Of a stretch of 64,000 nucleotides of DNA, positions 19,795 to 29,475 are shown piece after piece. Where the stretch lies: positions 14,385-78,384 of the forward strand of contig JBKBHW010000002.1 in assembly GCA_046297555.1 (NCBI GenBank), given 5' to 3'. The stretch comes from Aquificaceae bacterium (GTDB lineage Bacteria; Aquificota; Aquificia; Aquificales; Aquificaceae). Position 1 is the first letter of the stretch. Every line of letters starts with the position of its first letter. The notes under the pieces were generated by a model, which ran no database searches, was not told the DNA's origin, and worked only from the letters and a program-made list of their open reading frames with translations. The translations under genes were made by a program, and so were the position numbers.

Positions 19795-20382
19795 ATGAAA
19801 AGGATAACAAGGGAAGAGATACTAAACATCTATGAGTATGAAAAGGTACGTCCTCAAAAGGTGCAGGAGATAATCCAGCTAAAGAAGAAAAGGAGGGTTT
19901 TTATAGAGCCTTGGATACATCTGGTTTTTGAAAACAGGGATACGGTATGGTTCCAGATTCAAGAGATGATTAGGGCGGAAAGGATGGTAGGGGAAGAAGA
20001 AATCCAGCAGGAGATAGAGGTTTACAATGATCTCATACCTGATAAAAATGAGCTTTCTGTTACCATGTTTATAGAGATTCCAGATGAAAAGGATAGGAAA
20101 AGACTGCTTCCAACATTGGTGGGTATACACGACCATTTATACTTCCATATAGGAAACAAGCACACCATTAGGGCTGTAGCCGATGAAAAAAGCAAAGAAG
20201 ATTACAAACACGGAAAGGCTGCGGTGGTACATTTCCTAAAGGTAAAGCTTACAGAAGCTCAAGTGGAAGACTTCAAAAGGGAGCAGGTAAGGATAGAAAT
20301 AAACCATCCAAATTATAAGGCAATTACAACGCTTCCTGAAGAGGTAAAAGAGGAGTTAATAAAAGACCTAAGCTCTGAATAA
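19795..20382 (+). CDS. DUF3501 family protein
   Basis: KRITREEILNIYEYEK...RRV...FENRDTVWFQIQEMIRAE...EVYNDLIP...SVTMFIEI and AVVHFLK pattern; AGGAGG RBS before ATG 19795. Confidence 0.8.
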   Translation: MKRITREEILNIYEYEKVRPQKVQEIIQLKKKRRVFIEPWIHLVFENRDTVWFQIQEMIRAERMVGEEEIQQEIEVYNDLIPDKNELSVTMFIEIPDEKDRKRLLPTLVGIHDHLYFHIGNKHTIRAVADEKSKEDYKHGKAAVVHFLKVKLTEAQVEDFKREQVRIEINHPNYKAITTLPEEVKEELIKDLSSE

Positions 20383-20436
20383 GAAGTTGTCTTTAAAATA
20401 TAGGCTCCGGGCCACCCATAAAACTTTAAGAGAGTT

Positions 20437-20565
20437 AGCGAGGGTATCTTTGCCTGTGTTTTTGAGTTGTTGATTCTTCTATTATGTAGCACAGATATCC
20501 CTTTCTGTGTATGTTTTGAGCACACGGGCAAGAATGCCCATGATACACCTTATTATGAAATAAGT
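20437..20565. repeat. Decayed REP doublet cluster
   Basis: GTAGCACAGATATCCCTTTCTGTG (20486-20509) facing CACGGGCAAGAATGCCCATGATAC (20523-20546), followed by CCTTATTATG as at 35995; a further decayed hairpin at 20437-20458. Confidence 0.7.
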
Positions 20566-20593
20566 TTCGTATACATGGTATAATTTTATAGCC

Positions 20594-20995
20594 ATGATTA
20601 AGGTAGAGATTGTTACACCCAAAGGTTTGCACTTTTCTAAAGAGGTCAGTTCTGTAAACATACCTACCGCGGAGGGTGAAATAGGGGTTTTGGAAAAGCA
20701 CATGTACCTTATGACCATGTTAAAGCCAGGGCTTGTTTATTTTGATGGGAAGATGGAGAACGGCATTGCGGTAACCTATGGCTTTGTAGATGTGACTCCA
20801 GAGAAGGTTATAATCTTGGCGGAAGAGGCATACAATATAGGGGAGATAGATGCAGGTAAAGAGAAGGAGCTCTTTGACCAGGCGGTAAAAAGGCTTGCAA
20901 CGGCGCAAACTATGGAAGAAATAGAAGAGCTGGAAAGGGCAAAGGAAAGGGCAAGGACCTTATTAGAATTAGTTGAGAGGTTTGGAAGGTTATAG
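20594..20995 (+). CDS. atpC: F1 ATP synthase epsilon subunit
   Basis: VEIVTP, IPTAEGEIGVLEKH, GFVDV...VIILAEEA and C-terminal helical hairpin. Confidence 0.93.
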   Translation: MIKVEIVTPKGLHFSKEVSSVNIPTAEGEIGVLEKHMYLMTMLKPGLVYFDGKMENGIAVTYGFVDVTPEKVIILAEEAYNIGEIDAGKEKELFDQAVKRLATAQTMEEIEELERAKERARTLLELVERFGRL

Positions 20996-21686
20996 GGAGT
21001 TTGAATTCTTTAGGGGTAAGTTAAGGTTTAAACAGCCCAAGGCCCATAGGCTTTCCATAGTAGAGATCCTCTTTGTAGCAAATCTAAAGGGTATTAAAAG
21101 AGGTTTTAAGGTGGTTGATCTGGGTGCAGGCTTTGGCACCCTTTCCATACTTACAGCCTTAAGGTACCAGTGTGAAGTATGGGCTATAGAAAGGGATCCC
21201 ATCATGCTGGAGCTACTAAGATACAATGTAAAGGTTAATAACCTGGAAGATAAGATACACATTTTGGACCTTGATTTAAGGTACATAAAGGAGGGCTTAG
21301 ATCCCCAGAGCTTTGATGTTGTGATAGCAAATCCGCCTTTTTACACAGGACAAGCAAAAGATAATATTTATCATCATGAAAGTGATACCACTCTTGAAGA
21401 TTTTATAAAATCAGGTAGCTTTTTGCTAAAAGATGGCAAGGGTTTTAATTTATTAACCGCTTCAAACAGATTAGTGGAAGCAATAATTCATATCAAAAAG
21501 TATAATATGAGCGTGGCTTCCATAAGAATTTTTTATCCAAAGCATGATAAAAGCGGAAAAATAATACACATATATGCTTTAAAAAATCTAAACCCCAGTT
21601 TAATCATTGAGAAACCTCTTATAATCAATGAAAAAAGCGGAGAATATACCCAAGAAGTTAAAAATATACTTGAGAGTTTTTTATGA
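20973..21686 (+). CDS. tRNA1(Val) A37 N6-methyltransferase-like (YfiC/TrmN6 family) SAM methyltransferase
   Basis: FKQPK..HRLSI, VDLGAGFG SAM motif, FDVVIANPPFY, HHE motifs. Confidence 0.8.
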   Translation: MRGLEGYREFEFFRGKLRFKQPKAHRLSIVEILFVANLKGIKRGFKVVDLGAGFGTLSILTALRYQCEVWAIERDPIMLELLRYNVKVNNLEDKIHILDLDLRYIKEGLDPQSFDVVIANPPFYTGQAKDNIYHHESDTTLEDFIKSGSFLLKDGKGFNLLTASNRLVEAIIHIKKYNMSVASIRIFYPKHDKSGKIIHIYALKNLNPSLIIEKPLIINEKSGEYTQEVKNILESFL

Positions 21687-21715
21687 TATAATTAATAAGA
21701 TTTAGGAGGAAATGT

Positions 21716-22267
21716 ATGAGGCTACCAGAGAAGCTGGTGGAAAGGATAGCAGACAGAATTATAAAAGAACTCTACGAAAAGGAGAGGATTATAGAGCCAG
21801 AGGACCCGTATACTTTTAGGAAAAAGATAATAGCCATATTTAAAGAGGCGGAGGATGAGGAAAAGCTGCTGGATGAAAAAACAAAGGAAATACTAAAAGA
21901 AAAGCTTGACCTTTTGGAAGAGACGAGCCTTGATTACAGGACAGCCTATAAGACTGTAAGGAGCAAGTTGGCTGAGGAAATGAACATACATATTAGCAGG
22001 CGGGAAAGGATGAACCAGATAGCCCATAGGATAAGGGATATGATAATGGAGGACCCGCAGGTAGAGATATATGAAGAGCCCGTGGTAATTAGAAACAAGA
22101 TAAGGGAAATTCTTATGGAGGCAGTTAGGGAAGAGGAAGAGATAGACAAGGAAGTAAGGGAAAGGATAAGATCTTACTCAAGGAGGATAGTGGAGGGTAC
22201 ACCAGAATGGAATCATCTTTATAAGAGAATATATGAGGATGCTTTAAGGAGAAGGGGGCTACTTTAG
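21716..22267 (+). CDS. DUF507 family protein
   Basis: MRLPEKLVERIA start and internally duplicated helical unit ending IVEGTPEWNHLYKRIYEDAL. Confidence 0.75.
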   Translation: MRLPEKLVERIADRIIKELYEKERIIEPEDPYTFRKKIIAIFKEAEDEEKLLDEKTKEILKEKLDLLEETSLDYRTAYKTVRSKLAEEMNIHISRRERMNQIAHRIRDMIMEDPQVEIYEEPVVIRNKIREILMEAVREEEEIDKEVRERIRSYSRRIVEGTPEWNHLYKRIYEDALRRRGLL

Positions 22268-22872
22268 GGAAGGTAAGCTATGGGGTTTTGTCTTATACCA
22301 TACTTTAGCACTTCATAATGAAGGTGTGGGCCAAAGGCTCTACCAGTGGTCCCCACATTGCCTATTATCTGCCCTTTAACCACTCTGTCTGAGTAGTTTA
22401 CCTTTATGTCGGAGAGGTGGGCATACAAGGTGGCAAAGCCATAGCCATGGTATATAATCACCGTTTTACCACAGCCCCTTATCCAACCTGCGTATATAAC
22501 TCTACCATCTGCGGAGGCAACAACAGGTGTGCCATAAGGCGTAGAGATATCTATGCCTGTGTGAAATTCTCTTCTCCTGCCCATAACTCTCCATCCATAG
22601 TCTGAGGTTATAACACCTACCACAGGCCATATATCGGGCTTGACCGTTTCCACTATCTTTACATTCATAAGCTCCTTCATAGCCTCTTCTACAGACATTT
22701 CAACTGCAATTATCTTATTTACAGTATCCACATCAAGTATTTCACTGTCTGACTGCTCCAATTCTTGGGGGATGTCCCTTGTAGGCCCACCTATACCCAA
22801 GGGGGATACATCCATAATGGGCTTACAAAGAACTCCCACAAGGATAATAAGGGCAAGTATGTACTTTTTCAT
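22264..22872 (-). CDS. M23 family metallopeptidase, exported
   Basis: Signal peptide; WPVVGVITSDYG, HTGID (HxxxD), YAHLS, GPHLHYEV (HxH). Confidence 0.92.
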   Translation of the reverse strand: MKKYILALIILVGVLCKPIMDVSPLGIGGPTRDIPQELEQSDSEILDVDTVNKIIAVEMSVEEAMKELMNVKIVETVKPDIWPVVGVITSDYGWRVMGRRREFHTGIDISTPYGTPVVASADGRVIYAGWIRGCGKTVIIYHGYGFATLYAHLSDIKVNYSDRVVKGQIIGNVGTTGRAFGPHLHYEVLKYGIRQNPIAYLP

Positions 22873-22915
22873 GGCCCTACCTCCTTGGGTTTGTCTTCAA
22901 AACTCTACCACAGGG

Positions 22916-22944
22916 TTGCAAACCTTGTCAAGTGGTTTTATAAT
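22916..22944 (+). promoter_or_regulatory. Sigma70-type promoter for tRNA(CAT)
   Basis: TTGCAA (22916-22921), 17 nt, TATAAT (22939-22944), ending 12 nt before the tRNA. Confidence 0.65.
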
Positions 22945-22956
22945 ATTTATCCATAA

Positions 22957-23028
22957 GGGTGCGTAGCTCAATGGCAGAGCGGGCGGCTCATAACCGCCCG
23001 GTTGGGGGTTCGAGTCCTCCCGCACCCA
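22957..23028 (+). tRNA. tRNA with CAT anticodon (probably elongator Met; Ile2 not excluded), CCA not encoded
   Basis: GGGTGCG/CGCACCC acceptor stem, GGCGG-CTCATAA-CCGCC anticodon arm, GGTTCGAGTCC T arm. The G1-C72 pair excludes initiator tRNA. Confidence 0.93.
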
Positions 23029-23505
23029 TTAGTTCAAAAAACCTTTTAAAAGGTCTCCAAAGAATACAAAAACACCTATTCTAATAGCTCTTGCTATCAT
23101 GCTTGCCATCAAAAAAGTAGCCAGCGGCATATTAAATAGGCCCGCAAGCCAACAGACGAGTTTATAGGGTTCCCCAATAAGCACTGCCCAAAAGCCGTAT
23201 TTATTAAAAAGGGCTTCCCCTTTTAAATAAAGCCTTTCTCTAAAAAGCTTTTTGACGGCCTTTTCTCCAAGAAGCTTAGCCAGATAATAAGCCACCAAGG
23301 CTCCAAGAAGGTTTCCCAAAAAAGCCACCAAGCCTGCCACAAAGGCACTCAAGCCAAAAAGGGGAGCACTCACTATAAAGGGATAGGGTGGAACTGGTTG
23401 GATTATAGATTCGGTAAAAGAAAGAAAAAACAAAGCGGTATATCCATGCTCTTGCACAAGCTCTTGCGCCCAATTTTTTAAGCCCGGAAAGAAATGCTCA
23501 AGCAT
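23029..23505 (-). CDS. YqaA/DedA (VTT domain) membrane protein
   Basis: LFFLSFTESIIQPVPP, GALVAYYL, PYKLVCWLAG...ARAIR motifs. Confidence 0.85.
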   Translation of the reverse strand: MLEHFFPGLKNWAQELVQEHGYTALFFLSFTESIIQPVPPYPFIVSAPLFGLSAFVAGLVAFLGNLLGALVAYYLAKLLGEKAVKKLFRERLYLKGEALFNKYGFWAVLIGEPYKLVCWLAGLFNMPLATFLMASMIARAIRIGVFVFFGDLLKGFLN

Positions 23506-24260
23506 TAAAGGTGAACCTCCATAAAATCCTCTGCGGAGATTACAGATAGGTTGTACTTTTCTGAAAGTTCTTGAGCTACCCTCTTTGGATCATGTTGGGT
23601 GATAAACTCATAACCAAAATGGGTCAATATGACATTTTTTGGTTTTAAATTGCTTATTAACCTTTCTGCATCTTCTACTGTGAGATGGTCAATAGGCTTT
23701 GTTTTCTTGTATAGAGTGGTATTTATTATCATAAGGTCCACATTTTGGGGGTACATTTTAAGCATCTTATCCTCATAAAGGGCGCAGGATACATAAAGGA
23801 TTCTATCATTAAAAAGCAAGGCGTATGTTTCTGCCCCGTGGTGGGTATGTTTCATAACAGCCTTTACTTTTATGGATTTATAGGTTAGCTCTTTTCCTTC
23901 TTCTAAAAAACCTTCCTTTGCAAGCCTTTCTCTTATGAAAGGAAGAACTACCCTTTCATAGCTTTCAAAGGCCGACTTTGGAGCAAAAAGGGCTACATTT
24001 CTAATCTTGCCACCATCGGTAGCAGATTCAATTACTGCGTTTACATCGGAAGAGTGATCCAGATGTATATGGGAAAGGACCACAAGGTCAATGTGCCTTG
24101 GGTCTATACCAAGCTGATGAAGGTATACAAAGGCGCCGGGACCTGGGTCTACATGAACAAGGTTTCCAGAAAGCTCAAGGAGAAAGCCGCCAGACCTCCT
24201 TAAGAATCTAAAGACGCTTGCCCTTCCACCTGCAGTTCCCAGAAAAACTATTTTATCCAT
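23505..24260 (-). CDS. MBL-fold metallo-hydrolase
   Basis: FLGTAGG, VDPGPG, SHIHLDH (HxHxDH), THFG. Confidence 0.88.
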   Translation of the reverse strand: MDKIVFLGTAGGRASVFRFLRRSGGFLLELSGNLVHVDPGPGAFVYLHQLGIDPRHIDLVVLSHIHLDHSSDVNAVIESATDGGKIRNVALFAPKSAFESYERVVLPFIRERLAKEGFLEEGKELTYKSIKVKAVMKHTHHGAETYALLFNDRILYVSCALYEDKMLKMYPQNVDLMIINTTLYKKTKPIDHLTVEDAERLISNLKPKNVILTHFGYEFITQHDPKRVAQELSEKYNLSVISAEDFMEVHL

Positions 24261-24485
24261 TCAATGGATTATTAATATGGAGTTGCTGAGACAATCCTCT
24301 GCAACTTGCAAAAGCTCTTCCAATATGTCTTCTATGGGTACTTTAAAAATAACAAGGGGGATGCCATCCCCCCTATCTGTAAAAACTTGCGGCAGCCTAT
24401 CGTAGCATAACTGGCAAGCGGTGCAGGTATCTATATCAATTTCTACCTTTAAACCTCTTCCGTTATTATGGAACCGCTGGGACAT
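24261..24485 (-). CDS. Single-cluster [4Fe-4S] ferredoxin (second of a tandem pair)
   Basis: CTACQLC...DCLSNSI; paralogous to the upstream ferredoxin. Confidence 0.85.
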   Translation of the reverse strand: MSQRFHNNGRGLKVEIDIDTCTACQLCYDRLPQVFTDRGDGIPLVIFKVPIEDILEELLQVAEDCLSNSILIIH

Positions 24486-24667
24486 TCGTCGGTAACCTCT
24501 TTGACTTCATTTTCCAACTCCGCTGGAACTATCATCCAACCATCGGCTCCGGGGCTTGCCACTTCTGCAATGCCATCTCCTCTGTTTTTGTACACCTCTG
24601 GCACTCTGTCATAGCAGAGCTCGCAAGAGGTACAGGTATCTGGGTCTACTTTTGTCCTCAAAGCCAT
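24449..24667 (-). CDS. Single-cluster [4Fe-4S] ferredoxin (first of a tandem pair)
   Basis: CTSCELC...ECPSGSI; AGGAGG RBS. Confidence 0.92.
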   Translation of the reverse strand: MALRTKVDPDTCTSCELCYDRVPEVYKNRGDGIAEVASPGADGWMIVPAELENEVKEVTDECPSGSIITEEV

Positions 24668-24738
24668 ACTAACACCTCCTATTAAAGTTTAGGGTTTATA
24701 AAGTATATCACAGTTTTAAATTATCAATATAAACTTAA

Positions 24739-25620
24739 TCATATCTTACCAAAGGCTTGGGCCACCGTTTTACCTATAAACGCCGGGTTTTCTATAACAG
24801 TCACTCCAGCCTCTCTTAAGGCTTGCATTTTAGCCTGTGCTGTTCCCTTTCCTCCGCTTATTATGGCTCCAGCATGACCCATACGCCTTCCCGGTGGAGC
24901 AGTTATACCTGCAATGTAGGCAAACACAGGCTTTTTAACATGTTCCTTTATAAACTCTGCCGCCTCTTCTTCTGCAGTCCCACCTATTTCGCCTATCATT
25001 AGTATAGCCTCTGTCTCAGGATCTTCGTTAAACATGGCTATAACATCCTTGTGGGCAAGGCCATGGACTGGGTCCCCCCCTATACCCACCGCCGTGGATT
25101 GTCCAAGCCCATACCGGCTAAGCTGGTAAGAAGCCTCATAGGTCAAGGTTCCACTCCTTGATACTATACCTATACTACCCCTTTTGAAGACATGGCCGGG
25201 CATTATACCCACCTTTGCCTCTCCCGGGGTTATAACACCGGGGCAGTTGGGACCTATAAGCTTAGCCTTTGGATAGTTTTTCTTCATATAGTCCTTTACC
25301 ATCATCATGTCCCTTACCGGTATGCCTTCCGTTATGCAAACTATAAGCTCAATACCCGCATCAAGGGCTTCCACTATGGCATCTGCGGCAAAGGCTGGTG
25401 GCACAAAGATCAAAGAACACTTGGCGCCCGTTTCCTTTACCGCATCCTCTACCGTGTTAAAAACGGGGATACCTTCCACCTGCTGTCCAGCCTTCCCTGG
25501 TGTTACGCCCGCCACCACTTGGGTGCCATAGGCTTTGCATTGAGCGGCATGAAAGGACCCTTCCTTTCCTGTAATACCTTGTACTACCACCCTTGTGTCT
25601 TTGTTTACAAGGATAGCCAT
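24739..25620 (-). CDS. sucD: Succinyl-CoA synthetase alpha subunit
   Basis: [25 protein letters not shown], phospho-His MGHAGA. Confidence 0.95.
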   Translation of the reverse strand: MAILVNKDTRVVVQGITGKEGSFHAAQCKAYGTQVVAGVTPGKAGQQVEGIPVFNTVEDAVKETGAKCSLIFVPPAFAADAIVEALDAGIELIVCITEGIPVRDMMMVKDYMKKNYPKAKLIGPNCPGVITPGEAKVGIMPGHVFKRGSIGIVSRSGTLTYEASYQLSRYGLGQSTAVGIGGDPVHGLAHKDVIAMFNEDPETEAILMIGEIGGTAEEEAAEFIKEHVKKPVFAYIAGITAPPGRRMGHAGAIISGGKGTAQAKMQALREAGVTVIENPAFIGKTVAQAFGKI

Positions 25621-25623
25621 AGT

Positions 25624-26781
25624 TTAACCTCCTTTTGATGCTAAGGCTACTGCCTTTTGGGCTCCATCCCACATATCTACGGCGTTTATAAAGTTTAGCC
25701 CAGATTCTGTTAGTATTCTCCTGCCCTCTTCCACATTGGTGCCCTCCATCCTCACCACTACGGGCACCTTTATCTCCACCATCTTTGCCGCCTCAATTAA
25801 ACCATTTGCCAATCTATCGCACCTTAAAATGCCGCCAAAGATATTTATGAAGACTGCCTTTACGTTGGGATCTGCCATGAGAATTCTAAAGGCGTTGGCT
25901 ATCTGTTCCACGTTGGCACCACCGCCTACATCGAGAAAGTTGGCAGGCTCTCCACCGGCGAGCTTTATTATGTCCATAGTGGTCATGGCAAGGCCAGCAC
26001 CGTTTACCATACAGCCTATGTTTCCATCAAGCTTTATGTAATTAAGGCTGTACCTTTTGGCCTCCACCTCAAGGGGGTCAAGCTGGGTTAAATCTTCAAG
26101 CTCTTCAAGGTCCTTGTGCCTCAAAAGGGCGTTGTCATCCAGCTCCACCTTTGCGTCAAGTAGTATAAGGGTGTTTTCCTTGGTTAGGACAAGGGGGTTT
26201 ATCTCCACAAGGCTTGCGTCAAGGTCTATGTAAGCTCTATAAAGGGAGAGGGCTATTTTTACAAATTCATTTACAGGGAGGCCAAGCTTGAAGGCTATTT
26301 TCCTTGCCTGAGAGGGCATAAGGCCAAGGGCTGGGTCTATATGAAGCATATGTATGGCTTCTGGCTTTTCCTTTGCCACCTCTTCTATCTCCATCCCGCC
26401 CTCTGCAGAAGCCATCAAAACCGGTTTAGACACAGACCTATCAAGGGTTATGGAAAGGTAGTATTCTTTTTCTATGTTGGTCGCCTTTTCTATCCATACC
26501 CTGCTGACTGGCTTGCCATCCGGACACTGAAAAGTCTTTAGTACCTTTCCAAGCATACCCTCCACCGCCTGCTGGAGCTCTTGAATACTCTTAACAAGCT
26601 TTACACCGCCTGCCTTGCCCCTTCCACCACAATGCACTTGGGCCTTTACCACGAGGGGAAACTCACCAAGCTCTTGAGCTGCTTGCAAAGCTTCCTGAAG
26701 GTTAAAGGCTACCCTTCCCTCTGGCACAGGAAGACTGTATCTTTTAAGAAGTTCCTTAGCCTGATGTTCATGTAGCTTCAT
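25624..26781 (-). CDS. sucC: Succinyl-CoA synthetase beta subunit
   Basis: [53 protein letters not shown]. Confidence 0.95.
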   Translation of the reverse strand: MKLHEHQAKELLKRYSLPVPEGRVAFNLQEALQAAQELGEFPLVVKAQVHCGGRGKAGGVKLVKSIQELQQAVEGMLGKVLKTFQCPDGKPVSRVWIEKATNIEKEYYLSITLDRSVSKPVLMASAEGGMEIEEVAKEKPEAIHMLHIDPALGLMPSQARKIAFKLGLPVNEFVKIALSLYRAYIDLDASLVEINPLVLTKENTLILLDAKVELDDNALLRHKDLEELEDLTQLDPLEVEAKRYSLNYIKLDGNIGCMVNGAGLAMTTMDIIKLAGGEPANFLDVGGGANVEQIANAFRILMADPNVKAVFINIFGGILRCDRLANGLIEAAKMVEIKVPVVVRMEGTNVEEGRRILTESGLNFINAVDMWDGAQKAVALASKGG

Positions 26782-26964
26782 GCCAGCCTCCTGAGAGTTT
26801 GGTTAAACAATTATACTACTATCAAAGGGTTAGCTTTCAAATAGTATTAGGGCTTTTCCTAGGCCGTTTATCTTGGGCGACCATTAAGGTAATTCTTATA
26901 TTAGGACTGGCTCATGGGTTATAATATAGTAAGAAGTAAATTGGTGGATGTGTCATACTTTTGT

Positions 26965-27056
26965 CTTATATCCATTGCTTAATATTAGGTAGTGTGGGCA
27001 TCCATGCCCGCGTCTTTTGGTTAAATTTTATGTAGCACAGACATTCCTGTCTGTGC
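26965..27056. repeat. REP pair in direct (tandem) orientation
   Basis: GTAGTGTGGGCATCCATGCCCGCG (26989-27012), the usual TCTTTTGGTTAAAT spacer, then GTAGCACAGACATTCCTGTCTGTGC (27032-27056) on the same strand. Confidence 0.8.
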
Positions 27057-27146
27057 GATAAGGAATCTAATAAAAACCTGCTATTTGTATACAAAGAGAG
27101 AGATCATCTCAGGACAAGAGATTGGCTTTAGTGCAGAAATAGAGAG

Positions 27147-27250
27147 GTCCTTGATAGTAGCCCGCTGTAGTATGTCTTTACAAAAGACTTTGTCCAAAAA
27201 AGATACCACGCTTATGCGGTGATCTGAATCAAAAAAATTTATGCACCAAA
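27147..27250. repeat. ~110-bp dispersed repeat, copy 2
   Basis: Homologous to 14393-14512. Confidence 0.75.
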
Positions 27251-27266
27251 ACCCGCCGAAGTCTTT

Positions 27267-27509
27267 TTAGACGACATATATAATGTCTAAGAGTTCTTTT
27301 GCTTTTTCCTTATCTATATTTCTTAACTTTTTGTAGATTTCTCTTGCTTCTTGGACTTTGCCCGCCCTGCTGTAGGCAACGCCCAGCTTAAAAAGAAGCT
27401 CTGGGTCTTTAGGCTTTTTTTCCAGCTCCTCTTTTAGGTCTTCTATAAACCTTTCCAAAAGCCCTTCACCCATCTTACTAAAAATTCCTCTGTAGCCCTT
27501 TTCCATCAC
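27267..27509 (-). CDS. Small tetratricopeptide-repeat protein
   Basis: PKDPELLFKLGVAYSRAGKVQEAREIYKKL TPR consensus. Confidence 0.75.
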   Translation of the reverse strand: MMEKGYRGIFSKMGEGLLERFIEDLKEELEKKPKDPELLFKLGVAYSRAGKVQEAREIYKKLRNIDKEKAKELLDIIYVV

Positions 27510-28030
27510 TTAACCCCATAAAATTGGTAATTTAGCCCTTTTATCCTTTCCAAGTTTTCCAAAAGGAGGTCTTCTAAGTAAGCATGGTGGGAAAGTACTA
27601 AAACCTGCATGCCAAAGCCCCCCTCTTCTACGGTTTTACGTGCCTCTTTTAAAAACTCCCTCAGTACTTCATCCTGCTCTATCTCAAAGGGTGCACCAAG
27701 GAAATGATGGCTTATTCCCAAAAAGCTTCCCGGTTTTACGCGGACTGTAAGCCTTATAGGGTTTAAGATCTCTATAAGCTTGTCCTTTTCCAAGGCATAC
27801 TCAAGTCCAAACATGAGCATGGCGTCCGTTATTAAATATCTGGAGGAAAGGGAAACAAACTGTCTAAAACCACTCTCCCTAAAGTCAAGCTTCAGATTGT
27901 CTCTGACTGTTTCTACCCAGTGGGGGTGGGGATTTTCCAAAAGCCACAGTATCTTTTCTGGATAAAAGCTGTTGCCTTCCTGCCTTCCCCAGAACATGGT
28001 GATAAGGGGCATTGTTTTAAATATAGGCAA
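27506..28030 (-). CDS. hypothetical protein (start uncertain, possibly 27997 or 28012)
   Basis: ORF with typical codon usage, stop overlapping the TPR gene start. Confidence 0.6.
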   Translation of the reverse strand: MPIFKTMPLITMFWGRQEGNSFYPEKILWLLENPHPHWVETVRDNLKLDFRESGFRQFVSLSSRYLITDAMLMFGLEYALEKDKLIEILNPIRLTVRVKPGSFLGISHHFLGAPFEIEQDEVLREFLKEARKTVEEGGFGMQVLVLSHHAYLEDLLLENLERIKGLNYQFYGVK

Positions 28031-28049
28031 GGTTTATATTTTTAGCATT

Positions 28050-29441
28050 ATGCTTGGTATATTGAGGAAAAAACCTACCGACAAACTGATAGAGGTGTTG
28101 GGAAAAGAAAAGGTAAAGACCTCTTTGGTAGAAAGGAAGCTTTATTCCTACGATGCTACCCCTATTCCCATAGAAAGGGCAGTACCTTTGGCGGTGGTCT
28201 TCCCAGAAGGTCATGAGGATGTGGTTAGGCTTGTAAAGGTATGCTATGAGGAAAACATTTCCATTTTTCCAAGGGGTGCAGGATCAGGCTTAACTGGTGG
28301 GGCTGTGCCTACCTTGGAAAGGGGTATAGTAGTGTCTTTTGAAAGGATGAACAAGTTTGAGGTAAACCTTGACAACGCAACAGCCGAAGTACAGCCCGGT
28401 GTTATAACCTCCCAATTTCAAGAGTATGTGGAAAGCCTTGGCCTTTTTTATCCACCAGACCCTTCCTCTTTTAAGTATTCAACCCTTGGTGGTAATATAG
28501 CGGAAAATGCGGGAGGACCAAGGTGCCTAAAGTACGGCGTAACCCGTGAGTACGTACTTGGGCTTACGGCGGTTATAAAGGAGGGACAAACCTTAAAAAC
28601 GGGCAACCCTGTCATAAAGGATGTGGCAGGCTACGATATTACCAAGCTTTTTGTAGGCTCTGAAGGCACTTTGGGCCTTATAACCTCCGCCACCTTAAAG
28701 CTTATACCAAAGCCAAGGGCAAGAGCCACCTTGTTGGCCCTTTTCAAGAGGCTTGAAGATGTGGGTAGGGCAGTTACAAAGATTTTTACCTCGGGGGTTT
28801 TCCCCTCCGCCCTTGAATTTATGGATTCGGAGGCTATAAAGGTGGTGGAAGACTACAAACCCGCAGGGCTCCCAAGGGTGGAAGCCCTATTGCTTATAGA
28901 AGTGGATGGGTCCCCCAAAAGTATTTTGGAGGATATCCGAGAAATAGAAAACCTTTTAAGGTCTATGGATGTGGAGGTAAGGGTTGCTACCAATAAAGAG
29001 GAAGAAGAAAGGCTCTGGTCAGCAAGGAAGAGCTTGGGGCCTGCCCTTGGAAATCTCAGATCTGGAAAAATAAACGAGGATATAGTTATACCAAGGATAT
29101 ATCTATCGGAGGCAATTCCAGAGCTAAGGAAGATAGCTCAAAAGTACCACCTTCCCATGGTTATCTTCGGCCACATAGGCGATGGGAACCTTCATGTAAA
29201 CCTGCTTTATGAAAAAGCAAACAGAGAAGAGGAGGAAAGGGCAGAAAGGGCTGTGGATGAGGTCTTTGAACTTACGCTCAAATACTCTGGCTCCATAACG
29301 GGAGAGCATGGAGTAGGGCTTACAAAGAAAAAGTTTTTAAGATGGCAGTTTGGAGAGGTGGGCTATGAGCTTTTAAAGGGCATAAAGCTCCTCTTTGACC
29401 CTAAAAACCTCTTCAACCCCGGAAAGGTAGTGGAGGTATAA
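28050..29441 (+). CDS. FAD-linked oxidase, GlcD/D-lactate dehydrogenase family
   Basis: PRGAGSGLTGGA, YPPDPSS, GGNIAENAGG...KYGVTR, FVGSEGTLG, FGHIGDGNLH, ITGEHGVG, NPGKV. Confidence 0.92.
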   Translation: MLGILRKKPTDKLIEVLGKEKVKTSLVERKLYSYDATPIPIERAVPLAVVFPEGHEDVVRLVKVCYEENISIFPRGAGSGLTGGAVPTLERGIVVSFERMNKFEVNLDNATAEVQPGVITSQFQEYVESLGLFYPPDPSSFKYSTLGGNIAENAGGPRCLKYGVTREYVLGLTAVIKEGQTLKTGNPVIKDVAGYDITKLFVGSEGTLGLITSATLKLIPKPRARATLLALFKRLEDVGRAVTKIFTSGVFPSALEFMDSEAIKVVEDYKPAGLPRVEALLLIEVDGSPKSILEDIREIENLLRSMDVEVRVATNKEEEERLWSARKSLGPALGNLRSGKINEDIVIPRIYLSEAIPELRKIAQKYHLPMVIFGHIGDGNLHVNLLYEKANREEEERAERAVDEVFELTLKYSGSITGEHGVGLTKKKFLRWQFGEVGYELLKGIKLLFDPKNLFNPGKVVEV

Positions 29442-29475
29442 ATTTGTATAAGGGAGGTATGGATATGAAAAGCTT

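Noticed and set aside
24739-26781. Citryl-CoA synthetase instead of succinyl-CoA synthetase
   Set aside because: Lengths (385 and 293 aa) and motifs ([20 protein letters not shown]) fit canonical SucC/SucD.
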